64,000 nt of DNA, taken from Agrococcus sp. Lineage in GTDB: Bacteria > Actinomycetota > Actinomycetes > Actinomycetales > Microbacteriaceae. A program made the position numbers and the translations under genes. The stretch covers positions 32 to 64,031 of the forward strand of contig DASSWM010000218.1 in NCBI GenBank assembly GCA_035704865.1. Reading direction: 5' to 3'. This document shows positions 1 to 10,294 of the stretch, piece by piece (within the stretch, counting starts at the first letter, position 1; the number at the start of each line of letters is the position of its first letter). Under the pieces are notes generated by a model. The model had not been told where the DNA came from, did no database searches, and was given only the letters and a program-made list of their open reading frames with translations.

Positions 1-11
1 CTCGCGACGTC

Positions 12-902
12 GTGGTCGTGCACCACGATGCGCCGGTCGGGCGACCGCGCGGCATGAACGTGGGCGTGCGCGCCTCGAGCGCCGGCACGTTCGTCTTCCA
101 CGACGACGACGACAGCTGGGCGCCCGGCTTCCTGGAGCAGACGGCCGCCCATCTGGCGGCGCACGCCGACGATGTCGCGGTCGCGACGAGGACGACGGTC
201 GTCTACGAGCGCGTCGAGGGCGACGTCATCACCGAGCTCGAGCGCGAGCCCTTCGAGCCGCACCTGTCGGCGGTGACGCTCACCGACACGCTGTACCGCA
301 ACTCGACCCCGCCGATCTGCCTCGTCTACCGCCGCAGCGCCTACGACTCGGTGGAGGGCTACGACGACCGCCTGACGGCGCTCGCGGACTGGGACTTCCT
401 GCTGCGCGTGCTGCGGATCGCGACCGTCGGCTTCCTCGGCGGCGAGCCGCTCGCGTTCTGGCACCACCGCCGGGACGACCGCTCGGCGACGGGCAACAGC
501 GCCTACGCCGATGCCGGGGCGCACACGGCGTTCAACCGCGGCATCCGCGACGACTACCTCCGTCGCAGCCTGGCATCCGCCGACGACCTCGGCACCGCGC
601 TGTTCATCGCCGACGGCTTCCGCAGGCTCGACGAGCAGTCGGTGCGCGCGCGGGCCGAGGCCTCGCGCGTGGCGAACGAGCGCGCGAACGGCCACCAGGA
701 GCATCTCCAGATGATCCACGCGAGCATCGTGAGCGAGCTCATGCGCTCGCGCGAGGCGATCGAGCGGCTCGAGCAGCAGCTCGCCGAGCTGCGCGGGGAG
801 GTCGCCCGAGCGGCGCGGAATCCCGTGCGCTCCGCCGGCGGTCGGCTCGCCCGCGGCGTCCGCTCCGGCATCGAGCGGATCCGCGGCACGCAGCGGGACT
901 GA
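12..902 (+). CDS. Glycosyltransferase family 2 with C-terminal coiled coil (probably 5'-truncated by the window edge)
   Basis: FHDDDD (DxD) motif, 'GYDDRL..LADWDFLLR' GT2 signature; heptad-rich tail 'IERLEQQLAELRGEVARAAR' then a basic amphipathic end. Confidence 0.8.
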   Translation: MVVHHDAPVGRPRGMNVGVRASSAGTFVFHDDDDSWAPGFLEQTAAHLAAHADDVAVATRTTVVYERVEGDVITELEREPFEPHLSAVTLTDTLYRNSTPPICLVYRRSAYDSVEGYDDRLTALADWDFLLRVLRIATVGFLGGEPLAFWHHRRDDRSATGNSAYADAGAHTAFNRGIRDDYLRRSLASADDLGTALFIADGFRRLDEQSVRARAEASRVANERANGHQEHLQMIHASIVSELMRSREAIERLEQQLAELRGEVARAARNPVRSAGGRLARGVRSGIERIRGTQRD

Positions 903-964
903 TGGGCGCGGGCGGTACCCTGTGGGTTGCCGAACCGCCAGTCTCGACCAAGTGAGGCCCCCGC

Positions 965-2812
965 ATGCCCAGAGTGCTCTTCTATCTCGTCTATGACAAG
1001 GCAGGGCACATCGGCGACTTCGTCCCGCACCACCTGCGGGCGCTGCGGGATCACTACGAGCACATCTTCGTCGTCTCGAACTCACCGCTGACGCAGCACA
1101 GCCGCGACATCCTCGAGGCGGTCGCCGACACGGTCTGGGAGCGCGAGAACGTCGGCTTCGACGTCATGGCCTACCGCGACGCCATGGAGCGCTTCGGCCG
1201 CGACCGGCTGGCCGGCTACGAAGAGCTCACGCTCATGAACTACACGTTCTACGGCCCCATCGGTTCGTACGAGCCGATGCTCGAGCGCATGGCGGCGACC
1301 GAGTGCGACTTCTGGGGCGTCACCGACCACGGGCCGGCGGTCAGCAGCCTGAGCGCGACCGGCAGCCTCAAGCGGCACATCCAGTCGCACTGGATCACGG
1401 TGCGCAAGCGCATGCACCAGAGCGCCGAGTGGCGCGCCTACTGGGACGGCATGCCGCCGATCGAGTCGTACGAGGACTCGATCGGGCACCACGAGGGCCG
1501 GTTCACCGCGCACTTCGAGTCGAAGGGCTTCCGCTCGGCGACCGCCTTCCCGGAGGCCGACTACCCCGTCGCCCACCCGATCTTCGACATGGCCGCCGAC
1601 ATGCTCGACGACGGCCTGCCGATCATCAAGCGGCGGCTGTTCTTCCACGACCCGCTCTACCACGACGAGCGCGCGATCCGGGCGGGTCGCGTGATCGAGC
1701 GGATGCGCGCGGCCGGGTACCCGCTCGAGCTCGTCTGGGAGGACCAGGCGCGCACCGCGCAGCCGCGCACGCTGCACGCCAACCTCGCGATGCTCGACAT
1801 CCACCCGGATGTCGATCTGGGCGGCACCGATCCGAGCGGGCTGCGCGTCGGCGTCCTCGCCCACGTGTTCTACGAGGAGCTCATCGACGAGCTGCTCGAT
1901 CGCGCCGACACCATCCCCGGCGGCTTCCGGCTCGTCGCCACCACGACCGACGAGGCGAAGCGCGCGCGCATCCTCGCGCGGCTCGAGGAGCGCGGCCGCA
2001 CGGGCGACGAGGTGCGCGTGCTGCCCTCGAACCGCGGCAGGGACATCTCCGCCTTCCTCATCGGTCTGCGCGACGTGCTGCTCAGCGGCGAGTTCGACGT
2101 GATCGTGAAGCTGCACTCGAAGCGCAGCCCGCAGGACGGCTACACGAAGGGCAGCTACTTCAAGCACCACCTGCTGAGCAACCTGCTCGGCTCGCCCGGC
2201 TACACCGCGAACGTGCTGCGCGGGTTCGCCGACGATGCCACGCTCGGCATGGTCTTCCCGCCCATGATCCACATGGGCTACCCGACGATGGGCAACGCCT
2301 GGTTCACGAACCGTGCGCCGGCGCAGCGGCTGGCCAAGCGGATCGGCATCGAGGTGCCGTTCGACGAGCTGAGCCCGCTCGCGCCGTTCGGGTCGATGTT
2401 CATCGCGCGCCCCGAGGCGCTGCGCCCGCTGCTCGACGCCGACCTCGACTGGAGCGACTTCCCCGACGAGGGCGGGTACTCCGACGGCGGCATGCCGCAC
2501 GTCATCGAGCGGCTCTTCGGCTACTCGGCCATCAGCCGGGGGTTCCAGGTGCGCACCGTCATGGGCACGCGGCAGGCGGCGGAGTCGCACACGATGCTCG
2601 AGTACAAGCTCGACGCCATCTCGGCCGGCGTGCCCGGCCTGCCGGAGGAGCAGATCGCGCGCGTGCGCGCGAACAGCGGCATCGACCTGCTGGCGGCGGT
2701 CAAGCTCACCGTGATCGGGCGCTCGCCGCGGGTCGCGAAGGCGCTCGTGCCGGCCTACGCGGCGGTGCGCGGCGGCTACCGCAATCTGCGCCGCGTGCTG
2801 AAGAGGCGCTGA
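965..2812 (+). CDS. Rhamnan synthesis F (RgpF) family protein
   Basis: 'RENVGFDVMAY', 'HIQSHW', 'NRGRDI', 'KLHSKRS', 'HVIER' motifs typical of RgpF-like proteins. Confidence 0.85.
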   Translation: MPRVLFYLVYDKAGHIGDFVPHHLRALRDHYEHIFVVSNSPLTQHSRDILEAVADTVWERENVGFDVMAYRDAMERFGRDRLAGYEELTLMNYTFYGPIGSYEPMLERMAATECDFWGVTDHGPAVSSLSATGSLKRHIQSHWITVRKRMHQSAEWRAYWDGMPPIESYEDSIGHHEGRFTAHFESKGFRSATAFPEADYPVAHPIFDMAADMLDDGLPIIKRRLFFHDPLYHDERAIRAGRVIERMRAAGYPLELVWEDQARTAQPRTLHANLAMLDIHPDVDLGGTDPSGLRVGVLAHVFYEELIDELLDRADTIPGGFRLVATTTDEAKRARILARLEERGRTGDEVRVLPSNRGRDISAFLIGLRDVLLSGEFDVIVKLHSKRSPQDGYTKGSYFKHHLLSNLLGSPGYTANVLRGFADDATLGMVFPPMIHMGYPTMGNAWFTNRAPAQRLAKRIGIEVPFDELSPLAPFGSMFIARPEALRPLLDADLDWSDFPDEGGYSDGGMPHVIERLFGYSAISRGFQVRTVMGTRQAAESHTMLEYKLDAISAGVPGLPEEQIARVRANSGIDLLAAVKLTVIGRSPRVAKALVPAYAAVRGGYRNLRRVLKRR

Positions 2813-4051
2813 ATGGCGCCCTCCCGCTCGGCGATCACCCTCGCGGAGGCGTTCGACCCCAGAGCGAACAGCATCGGCTTCCTGCGATGGCTCATGGCGT
2901 TCCTCGTCATCTTCAGCCACGCCGGCCCGCTCGGCGGCTTCTACGGAGGCCAGGACCTCGGGGTGCAGATCTCCGAGGAGCAGTCGCTCGGCGGCGTCGC
3001 GGTCGCCGGCTTCTTCTTCTTCTCGGGCTTCCTGATCACGCAGTCCCGCATGGGCCGGTCGTCGATCTTCCGCTACTTCTGGCGTCGCGCGCTGCGCATC
3101 TTCCCCGCCTTCTGGCTCGCGCTGCTCACGACGGCGTTCGTGCTCGCGCCGATCGCCTGGTGGCACGAGACGGGCGGCCTCGACGGCTACTTCAACGCCC
3201 CTCGCGAGTCGCCGTGGACGTACTTCATCAGCAACATGTGGCTCGAGCTCGGGCAGCGCAACATCGCCGAGATGGGCGGCTCGCTGCCGCTCGCCTCGCA
3301 CGGCGGCTATGACTGGAACGGCTCCGCCTGGACGCTGCTGTACGAGTTCCGCGCCTACATCCTGGTCGGCTTCATGGGCCTGCTCGGGCTGCTCGCCTAC
3401 CGCTGGCTGACGACCGGGGTGGCCGCTGCGATCATCGTGCTCAACGCCCTCCAGTGGATGGGCGGGGGCACGGTCGCGAACGTGTGGCGCTGGTTCGGCG
3501 ACCCCTACATGCTCATGTTCTTCGCCCCGTTCGCGCTCGGCATGCTGTTCGCGGTCTGGCAGCACAAGATCCCCATCGACGACCGGCTGGCGATCGCGGC
3601 GGCGCTCGGCGCGGGGGCGACGTACGCGTTCGGCGGCTGGAACATCTGGGGCACGTACCTGTTCGCCTACGTGCTCATGTGGTTCGCGGTGCGCGCGACG
3701 CGGCTGCGCGGCTGGGAGCGGCCAGGCGACTTCTCGTACGGCGTGTACATCTTCGCGTGGCCCCTCATGCAGTTCGCCGCCTTCTTCGGCCTGCACCACG
3801 CGGGCTGGCTCGTCTATCACGTCGTGATCGTGGTCGCGGTGCACATCGCCGCCTACCTCTCGTGGCATCTGATCGAGAAGCCCGCGATGAGCCTGAAGAA
3901 CTGGACGCCGATCTGGCTCCAGCGGCTCTACGACAGCACGCTCACGCCCGCCTGGGAGCGGCTCATGGGCAGGGTCGTCGATCCCCGCTTCTCCTCGACG
4001 CCCCGCGCGGCCCGCATGCGTGAGGCCGCCCCCGAGGGAGCGGCGACATGA
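2813..4051 (+). CDS. Acyltransferase family 3 (OafA-like membrane O-acyltransferase)
   Basis: 'FLR..AFLVIFSH', 'FFFFSGFLI', 'RRALRIFP', 'WTLLYE', 'SYGVYI', 'SWHLIEKP'; about 10 TM segments. Confidence 0.88.
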   Translation: MAPSRSAITLAEAFDPRANSIGFLRWLMAFLVIFSHAGPLGGFYGGQDLGVQISEEQSLGGVAVAGFFFFSGFLITQSRMGRSSIFRYFWRRALRIFPAFWLALLTTAFVLAPIAWWHETGGLDGYFNAPRESPWTYFISNMWLELGQRNIAEMGGSLPLASHGGYDWNGSAWTLLYEFRAYILVGFMGLLGLLAYRWLTTGVAAAIIVLNALQWMGGGTVANVWRWFGDPYMLMFFAPFALGMLFAVWQHKIPIDDRLAIAAALGAGATYAFGGWNIWGTYLFAYVLMWFAVRATRLRGWERPGDFSYGVYIFAWPLMQFAAFFGLHHAGWLVYHVVIVVAVHIAAYLSWHLIEKPAMSLKNWTPIWLQRLYDSTLTPAWERLMGRVVDPRFSSTPRAARMREAAPEGAAT

Positions 4052-5244
4052 CGTCGGGCGGCGGCGCGCGCGAGTACTCGTTCGCCAATCGCGCATGGCT
4101 GCGCACTCATCGCTGGCGGCTGGTGCCCTTCATCGCGCTCATCGTGCTCGTGGTCGCGGCGACGGTCGCCGGCGCCGTGTGGCGCAGCCAGCAGAGCCCG
4201 CTCGGCGAAGGCGTGATCGAGCCGACGGCGGCGCCCGGCACGCCGCTGTCGGATGCGTGCACGCCCGCGTTCGAGGAGCCCTCGGTCGATCCGTGGGCCG
4301 GCGACCCGGCCGTCGAGTCGGAGGCGATCTGGCAGACGCACGTCGACGCGCTCGGCGGCTACTGGGTCGAGGGTGACGACGGGCACGTGCTGCTCGGCGA
4401 GCCCCACTGGTCGAACCTCTCGCAGGCGGTCGGGCGCACACAGCTGGCGCCCGAGCACGTCGACGCGTGGAACGGATACCTCTCGAACATGCGCGCCGAC
4501 CTCGCAGCGCAGGGGCGCGACCTCTACGTGGTCGTCGCACCGGCGAAGTGGCAGATCATGCCGGAGGTGCTGCCCGACTGGATGGAGCAGCTGCGCGGCC
4601 CCGGCAACTTCGCGCAGCTCCAGCAGGAGCTGCCGAACGTGCCTTGGGTCGACGTGCGCCCGGCGATGCTCGAGGAGTCCGCGACGACGGCCATGTACGC
4701 GCCGCTCAACAGCCACTGGACCGACTACGCCGCATCCGTCGCCTTCGAGCAGATCGCCGACTGCATGCGGGCATCGGATGCCTCGCTCGCGTCGATGCCG
4801 GAGCTGCCGGTCGAGGGCGCCGACGTCACGCTCGACCGCAACGAGTTCGCCGGGGTCGGCGTGCAGCGCGAGCCCGGTCCCGACTGGACGGTGCCCGTGT
4901 GGTCGGAGGAGCCGGCGGACATGACGATCACCGGCCCGGACGGCACGGAGCGCGAGGCCGACGCGGCCACGTCGACCGATATGGCAGGGCTGCCGATCAC
5001 GACGAGCACGCCGGCTGCGCCCATGCCGCAGCACGTGCTGCTCGTGCGCGACTCGACCGGCGACCAGATCGGGCCGATGTTCCAGACGATGTTCCAGCAC
5101 ACCACCCAGATCCGCGCATCGCTCGAGGCGCCGGCGGGCATGCCGGATGTCGCGGCCGAGGCCGAGGCGGCCGGCGCGGACGTCGTCGTGCTCGTGCTCG
5201 CGCAGCGGTATCTGCAGGTCGTGCCCGGCGTGGAGGGCCCGTGA
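4048..5244 (+). CDS. AlgJ/AlgX-like SGNH O-acetyltransferase, single N-terminal TM anchor
   Basis: 'VVAPAK', 'NSHWT' (DxHW-like), 'RDS' (GDS-like); ATGA overlap with the upstream AT3 gene. Confidence 0.7.
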   Translation: MTSGGGAREYSFANRAWLRTHRWRLVPFIALIVLVVAATVAGAVWRSQQSPLGEGVIEPTAAPGTPLSDACTPAFEEPSVDPWAGDPAVESEAIWQTHVDALGGYWVEGDDGHVLLGEPHWSNLSQAVGRTQLAPEHVDAWNGYLSNMRADLAAQGRDLYVVVAPAKWQIMPEVLPDWMEQLRGPGNFAQLQQELPNVPWVDVRPAMLEESATTAMYAPLNSHWTDYAASVAFEQIADCMRASDASLASMPELPVEGADVTLDRNEFAGVGVQREPGPDWTVPVWSEEPADMTITGPDGTEREADAATSTDMAGLPITTSTPAAPMPQHVLLVRDSTGDQIGPMFQTMFQHTTQIRASLEAPAGMPDVAAEAEAAGADVVVLVLAQRYLQVVPGVEGP

Positions 5245-5314
5245 TGAGCGACGCCGCGGTGGTACGCTCGCGTCTGCCCGAGAGACGGATCCGTCCGGCG
5301 GGGGACGGAGGACG

Positions 5315-6187
5315 ATGAGCCAGGTCGAGCGCGAGCAGCGGCGCGAGGAGCGCAGGGTCACGCTGAACCTGCTGCGCAACCTCACCAAGCGCGAGATCAG
5401 CGCGCAGTACAAGCGCACGGCGCTCGGGCGCATCTGGTCGCTCATCAACCCGCTCGCGCAGATCGCGGTGTACTCGATCGTCTTCGGGCTGCTCATCCAG
5501 ATCCCGGTCGCGCCCGGCAGCAACTCGGGGCTGGAGCTGTTCCCGATCTGGATCGGCGTCGGCGTCATCGCCTGGGGCGCGATCAGCAACTCCATCTCCG
5601 CAGGCATGGGCAGCATGCTCGGCAATGCCGGGCTGCTGACGAAGGTCTACTTCCCGCGCTCGGTGCTGCCGATCTCCGCCGTGCTCTCGAGCATCTTCAC
5701 CTTCGCCACCGAGCTGCTGGTGCTGCTGACGATCATGGTCGCCGTCGGGTGGTGGTTCGTGGGCGGCCCGATGGTGCTGCTCTACGCCCCGCTGCTCATC
5801 CCCCTGCTGCTGCTGACGATGGCGTTCGTGCTCGGCATCGCGATGCTGCTGAGCGTCGCGAGCATCTACTTCCGCGACATCGTCCACCTGTGGTCGATCG
5901 TGAGCCAGGTGTGGATGTACGCGTCCGGCGTCATGTTCTCGGTGCAGCTCGTGCGGGACGCGCAGCAGCGGATCGCCGAGGACTACGGGCTCGAGCTGCC
6001 CCTCGTGACGCTCTTCCAGCTGAACCCGGCCGAGCGGTTCCTGACCGCGTACCGCAACATCCTCTACGACTTCGCCGTGCCGAGCTGGGATGTCTGGGTA
6101 GCGCTCGTGCTGTGGTCGGTCGGCTCGCTCGTGGTCGGCAAGCTCGTGTTCGACCGGCTCGCGCGCAACATCGTGGAGGAGATCTGA
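5315..6187 (+). CDS. wzm: Polysaccharide ABC exporter permease (Wzm)
   Basis: 'REISAQYKRTALG..WSLINPL', 'LLTKVYFPR', 'LNP'; GGAGG RBS before ATG 5315. Confidence 0.9.
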   Translation: MSQVEREQRREERRVTLNLLRNLTKREISAQYKRTALGRIWSLINPLAQIAVYSIVFGLLIQIPVAPGSNSGLELFPIWIGVGVIAWGAISNSISAGMGSMLGNAGLLTKVYFPRSVLPISAVLSSIFTFATELLVLLTIMVAVGWWFVGGPMVLLYAPLLIPLLLLTMAFVLGIAMLLSVASIYFRDIVHLWSIVSQVWMYASGVMFSVQLVRDAQQRIAEDYGLELPLVTLFQLNPAERFLTAYRNILYDFAVPSWDVWVALVLWSVGSLVVGKLVFDRLARNIVEEI

Positions 6188-7383
6188 TGACCGCGGCCGT
6201 CGACGTGCAGCACGTCTCGAAGTCGTTCCGGGTCTACCGCGACCGCAACCAGTCGATCAAGGCGACGCTCCTCACGGGGCGGCGCGCGGTCTACGACCGC
6301 TTCCAGGCGCTCGACGACGTGACCTTCGAGGTGCCCGAGGGATCGACCTTCGGACTGCTGGGCCGCAACGGCTCGGGCAAGTCGACGCTGCTGAAGTGCA
6401 TGGCCAGGATCCTCAACCCCAACAGCGGCACGATCACGACCCGTGGCCGCGTCGCGGCGATGCTCGAGGTCGGCTCCGGCTTCCACCCTGAGCTCTCGGG
6501 GCGCGAGAACGTCTATCTCAACGGCTCGATCCTGGGCATGAGCCGCGCGGAGATCGACAGCAAGTTCGACCAGATCGTCGACTTCTCCGGCGTCGAGCGC
6601 TTCATCGACCAGCCGGTCAAGAACTACTCCTCCGGCATGTACGTGCGGCTCGGGTTCGCCGTCTCGATCCACGTCGAGCCCGACGTGCTGCTCGTCGACG
6701 AGGTGCTCGCGGTCGGCGACATGGACTTCCAGGAGAAGTGCATGGAGAAGTTCGCGCAGTTCCGCCGCGAGGGACGGACGGTCGTGGTCGTGAGCCACGG
6801 CATCGAGCAGATGCGCAACTTCTGCGACCACGCCGCCTGGCTCGACAACGGCGTGCTCCAGGACGTCGGCAACGCATCCGCCATCGTCGACCAGTACGCC
6901 GACTCGGGGCACGCGGTCACTGCCGGCCCGGGCGGCGGCGTGCGGTTCGGCACGGGCGAGGTGAAGTTCACGCAGCTCGGGCTCGTCGACCCGTCCGGCG
7001 AGGTCGTCAACGAGGTGCGTGCGGGGGAGCCGGCGACGATCCGGCTCTGGTACGAGGCGAGCGAGCGCATCGAGCGGCCCGTGTTCGGCGCCGGTCTGCA
7101 CACGGTGGAGGGCGTGCACCTGTGGGAGCTGCAGGGCCGTGACAGCGGCTTCGTGCCCGATGCGATCGAGGCCGGTGCGGGCACGATCGACGTCCGGGTC
7201 GACCACCTGCCGCTCGCGCCCGGCTCCTACTCGATCTCGGCGACCGTGCAGGACCACTCGACCACGCACATGTTCGACTCGCTGCAGCACGCCGCACGGT
7301 TCAACGTCCTCGGCGGCGGCTTCCGCACCTCCGGCGGCATGCTGGCGCTCAGCGGGCGCCTGGAGAACCTGCGCCAGCACTGA
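6187..7383 (+). CDS. wzt: Polysaccharide ABC exporter ATPase (Wzt) with C-terminal Wzt_C domain
   Basis: Walker A GRNGSGKST, 'YSSGM', 'VDEVLAVGD'; C-terminal extension 'RFGTGEV...LAPGSYSIS'; TGATG coupling to wzm. Confidence 0.92.
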   Translation: MTAAVDVQHVSKSFRVYRDRNQSIKATLLTGRRAVYDRFQALDDVTFEVPEGSTFGLLGRNGSGKSTLLKCMARILNPNSGTITTRGRVAAMLEVGSGFHPELSGRENVYLNGSILGMSRAEIDSKFDQIVDFSGVERFIDQPVKNYSSGMYVRLGFAVSIHVEPDVLLVDEVLAVGDMDFQEKCMEKFAQFRREGRTVVVVSHGIEQMRNFCDHAAWLDNGVLQDVGNASAIVDQYADSGHAVTAGPGGGVRFGTGEVKFTQLGLVDPSGEVVNEVRAGEPATIRLWYEASERIERPVFGAGLHTVEGVHLWELQGRDSGFVPDAIEAGAGTIDVRVDHLPLAPGSYSISATVQDHSTTHMFDSLQHAARFNVLGGGFRTSGGMLALSGRLENLRQH

Positions 7384-7473
7384 GCCCCGGCGTGCCGACG
7401 CGCGCGAGCCTTGCGCGGCAACAGCCGTGGGGTACGCTTTGCTCGACCCAAACTCTCAAGGATAGGTTGAAGC

Positions 7474-10281
7474 ATGCGTCGTTGGCGGGGCAAAGCGGCC
7501 ATCGTGGCCGTGGTGGCGATGGTGGCGACGCTCCTGAGCGTCGTGCCGACCGCCCAGGAACCGCGTGCGGAGGCGGCCACCGCGTCGAACTTCGACCCGG
7601 GCAACATCATCAGCGACGAGCAGTTCTTCGACGGCGACGCGATGACCGCGCCGCAGGTCCAGGCCTTCCTCGACAGCCAGGTGCGCACCTGCGCCTCCGG
7701 CTACACGTGCCTCAAGGACTACCGGCAGGCGACGCCGTCGATGCCGGCGAGCGAGTACTGCGAAGCGGTCGCGGGCGGGTCCGACCGCACCTCGGCGCAG
7801 ATCATCACCGACGTCGCCCTCGCGTGCGACATCAGCCCGCGCGTGCTCATCGTGCTGCTCCAGAAGGAGCAGAGCCTCGTGACGCTCACGGCGCCGGCCC
7901 CCATCCGGTACGAGCGGGCGACCGGCTTCGCCTGCCCCGACACCGCGCCGTGCGACTCGTCCTACGGCGGCTTCTTCTACCAGATCTACTACGCCGCGCG
8001 GCAGTTCCAGCGCTACGCGATCTATCCGCAGTACTACAACCACCGGGCCGGGCAGACCAACCGGGTGCTGTACCACCCGAACGCCGCGTGCGGATCCAGC
8101 TCCGTCCTGATCCGCAACCAGGCGACGGCCGGCCTGTACAACTACACGCCGTACCAGCCGAACGCCGCGGCGCTCGCGAACCTCTACGGCACGGGCGACT
8201 CCTGCTCGGCCTACGGCAACCGCAACTTCTGGCGCATGTGGACCGACTGGTTCGGCGACCCGCGCACCGGCACCGAGTCGACCGCGTTCCTGCGCGACCG
8301 CACGAACGGCAAGGTCTACCTCATCAGCGGCAGCACGCGCCACTACGTGCCCTCGCCGTCGATCTACGGCGAGTTCTCCTCCCGCCTGGGCCTCGCGCGC
8401 GACGTCGACCCGGCCGCGCTGCGCGCGTACACCGAGGGGCCGGTGCTCAGCCGGCTCGTGATCGGCACCGACGGGGCCGTGCGGCTCGTCGACAACGGCG
8501 TGGCGCATCGCTTCAGCTCCTGCGCGCTCGTGCAGCAGTGGAAGCTGCCGTGCACGGGTCACGTGAAGCTCGACCCGACGGTGCAGGGGCGACTGGGCTC
8601 AGGCGAGCCGATGTCGGCGACCGTCGTCGGCAGCGACGGCCATGACTGGCTGATCCAGTCGGGCACGCGCCGCGAGCTGGCCGACATCACGATCCCCACG
8701 CGCTACGGCTACTCGGCCGACCGCGTGCAGCTCGACCGCGACGCGATCGACCACCTGCCCGTGGGGCCGCCGGTGCTCGACTCGGCGACCGCCGTGCGCA
8801 ACGCGAGCGGCACGATCCTCCGCGTCAAGAGCGGCGGCTCGATCGTCCCGCTCTCGGCCGCGCAGGCGGCGACGCTCCCATCGACCGCCGGGCGGGTCTT
8901 CACCGACGCATCGCTCGAGCACCTCCGGCCGTCGGCTCCTGAGCTGCCCTCCCGCATCCGCGGTGCAGCGGGCGCCTTCCTGATCACCGACGCCGGCATG
9001 CTGCGCGTCGACCCCGCGCGCTACGGCGGCACGGGAGCCTTCGCAGCGCGGGCGGAGCTGCCCAACGTCCTGCAGGCGCTCCCGTCGGCGGGCAGCGCCA
9101 TGGGGCCGCACTTCGTGCAGGAGGCCGGGTCGTCGCTGCTGTACCTCGCGTCAGGCCCGCGCCTGCAGCCGGTCGCCGATGCGGATGCCTACGACTTCAT
9201 CCGCAACCGGTTCGGCGTCTCCGGGCGCATCTGGAAGGTGCCGCCGGCCGGCCTGCAGCGCGTGCCGAAGGTCGTGGACCTCGAGGTCGGCGATCTCGTG
9301 CGCGGCACCGACGGCCGCGTGCACCTGTGGGACGGGGCGCACGCGATGCACCTCATGCACGCGGAGTTCGCCGACGCGCTCGACATCCCGTTCGACGTCA
9401 GGACGGTCAGCGACGACGTCATCGCGCAGCTGGCGAAGGGGCCGGCGATCGGCTCGTTCGGCTTCCGCTGCGGCACGACCGACCTCGTAGCGACCGGTGG
9501 CGTGCTGCGCCCCTACGCGTCGGCGGAGGCCGCCGACGGATGGCGCCTCAACCACGTCGGGCTGAGCGCCGAGCTCTGCGCCGAGCTGACGATGTCGTCG
9601 ACCGCGGCGCTCGAGTTCATCGTCGACCCATCCGGCCGCACGTACCTGATGGAGCAGGGCCGCACGCGCTACATCCCCAACCGCACGATCCTCAGCGAGC
9701 TCGGCGGCACCCTCGCCGGCAGGACGCCGATGCCGGCATCCTCGATCGCGCTGCTGCCCAAGGGCGCCGACGTCGTGACGACGCTCGAGGCGGGCACCTG
9801 GGTCCGCGGCGGCGACGGCCGCGTGTTCCTGTGGGACGGCGACCGCGCCATGTACCTCATGCACCCCGACTTCGCGACGTCGCTCGGCATCCCGCTCGAG
9901 GTGCGCAGCGTCTCGAGCGCGACCATCGCGTCGATGCCGAAGGGCCCGTGGATCGGCAACTACGCGTTCCGCTGCGGCACGACCGACTACATCGCGTTCG
10001 ACGGCGCGCTGCACCCGTTCGCGAGCGCTGCCGCGGGCACCGCGTGGCGGCCCTCGCCGGTCGGCCTCTCGGCGACGCTGTGCGCCGACCTGCAGGTGTC
10101 GAGCACGCGCGTCACGCAGTTCGTGTACGGACCGACGGGCCGCACCTACCTCGTCGAGAACGGCGTGCTGCGGTACATCGCGAGCCCTGGCACGTTCGCC
10201 GAGCTGGGCGGCTGGACCATCGGTCGCACGCTGCTGCCGGGCTCGATGGTGGAGCGCCTGCCCAAGGGGCCGAACGTCTAG
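7474..10281 (+). CDS. Large secreted protein: N-terminal putative cell-wall hydrolase-like domain plus C-terminal repeats
   Basis: Signal peptide; 'FDPGNIISD...LLQKEQSL...GFACPD...NQATAGLYNYTPY' domain; two ~167-aa tandem repeats at the C-terminus. Confidence 0.7.
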   Translation: MRRWRGKAAIVAVVAMVATLLSVVPTAQEPRAEAATASNFDPGNIISDEQFFDGDAMTAPQVQAFLDSQVRTCASGYTCLKDYRQATPSMPASEYCEAVAGGSDRTSAQIITDVALACDISPRVLIVLLQKEQSLVTLTAPAPIRYERATGFACPDTAPCDSSYGGFFYQIYYAARQFQRYAIYPQYYNHRAGQTNRVLYHPNAACGSSSVLIRNQATAGLYNYTPYQPNAAALANLYGTGDSCSAYGNRNFWRMWTDWFGDPRTGTESTAFLRDRTNGKVYLISGSTRHYVPSPSIYGEFSSRLGLARDVDPAALRAYTEGPVLSRLVIGTDGAVRLVDNGVAHRFSSCALVQQWKLPCTGHVKLDPTVQGRLGSGEPMSATVVGSDGHDWLIQSGTRRELADITIPTRYGYSADRVQLDRDAIDHLPVGPPVLDSATAVRNASGTILRVKSGGSIVPLSAAQAATLPSTAGRVFTDASLEHLRPSAPELPSRIRGAAGAFLITDAGMLRVDPARYGGTGAFAARAELPNVLQALPSAGSAMGPHFVQEAGSSLLYLASGPRLQPVADADAYDFIRNRFGVSGRIWKVPPAGLQRVPKVVDLEVGDLVRGTDGRVHLWDGAHAMHLMHAEFADALDIPFDVRTVSDDVIAQLAKGPAIGSFGFRCGTTDLVATGGVLRPYASAEAADGWRLNHVGLSAELCAELTMSSTAALEFIVDPSGRTYLMEQGRTRYIPNRTILSELGGTLAGRTPMPASSIALLPKGADVVTTLEAGTWVRGGDGRVFLWDGDRAMYLMHPDFATSLGIPLEVRSVSSATIASMPKGPWIGNYAFRCGTTDYIAFDGALHPFASAAAGTAWRPSPVGLSATLCADLQVSSTRVTQFVYGPTGRTYLVENGVLRYIASPGTFAELGGWTIGRTLLPGSMVERLPKGPNV

Positions 10282-10294
10282 GCGCGTCCGTCCA

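Noticed and set aside
1082-4096. Very long antisense and alternate-frame ORFs (also 52997-56848, 22259-25252, 14385-17147 and many others)
   Set aside because: Shadow ORFs expected from stop-codon scarcity at high GC; they overlap well-supported genes and have Arg/Ala/Gly-rich composition without motifs
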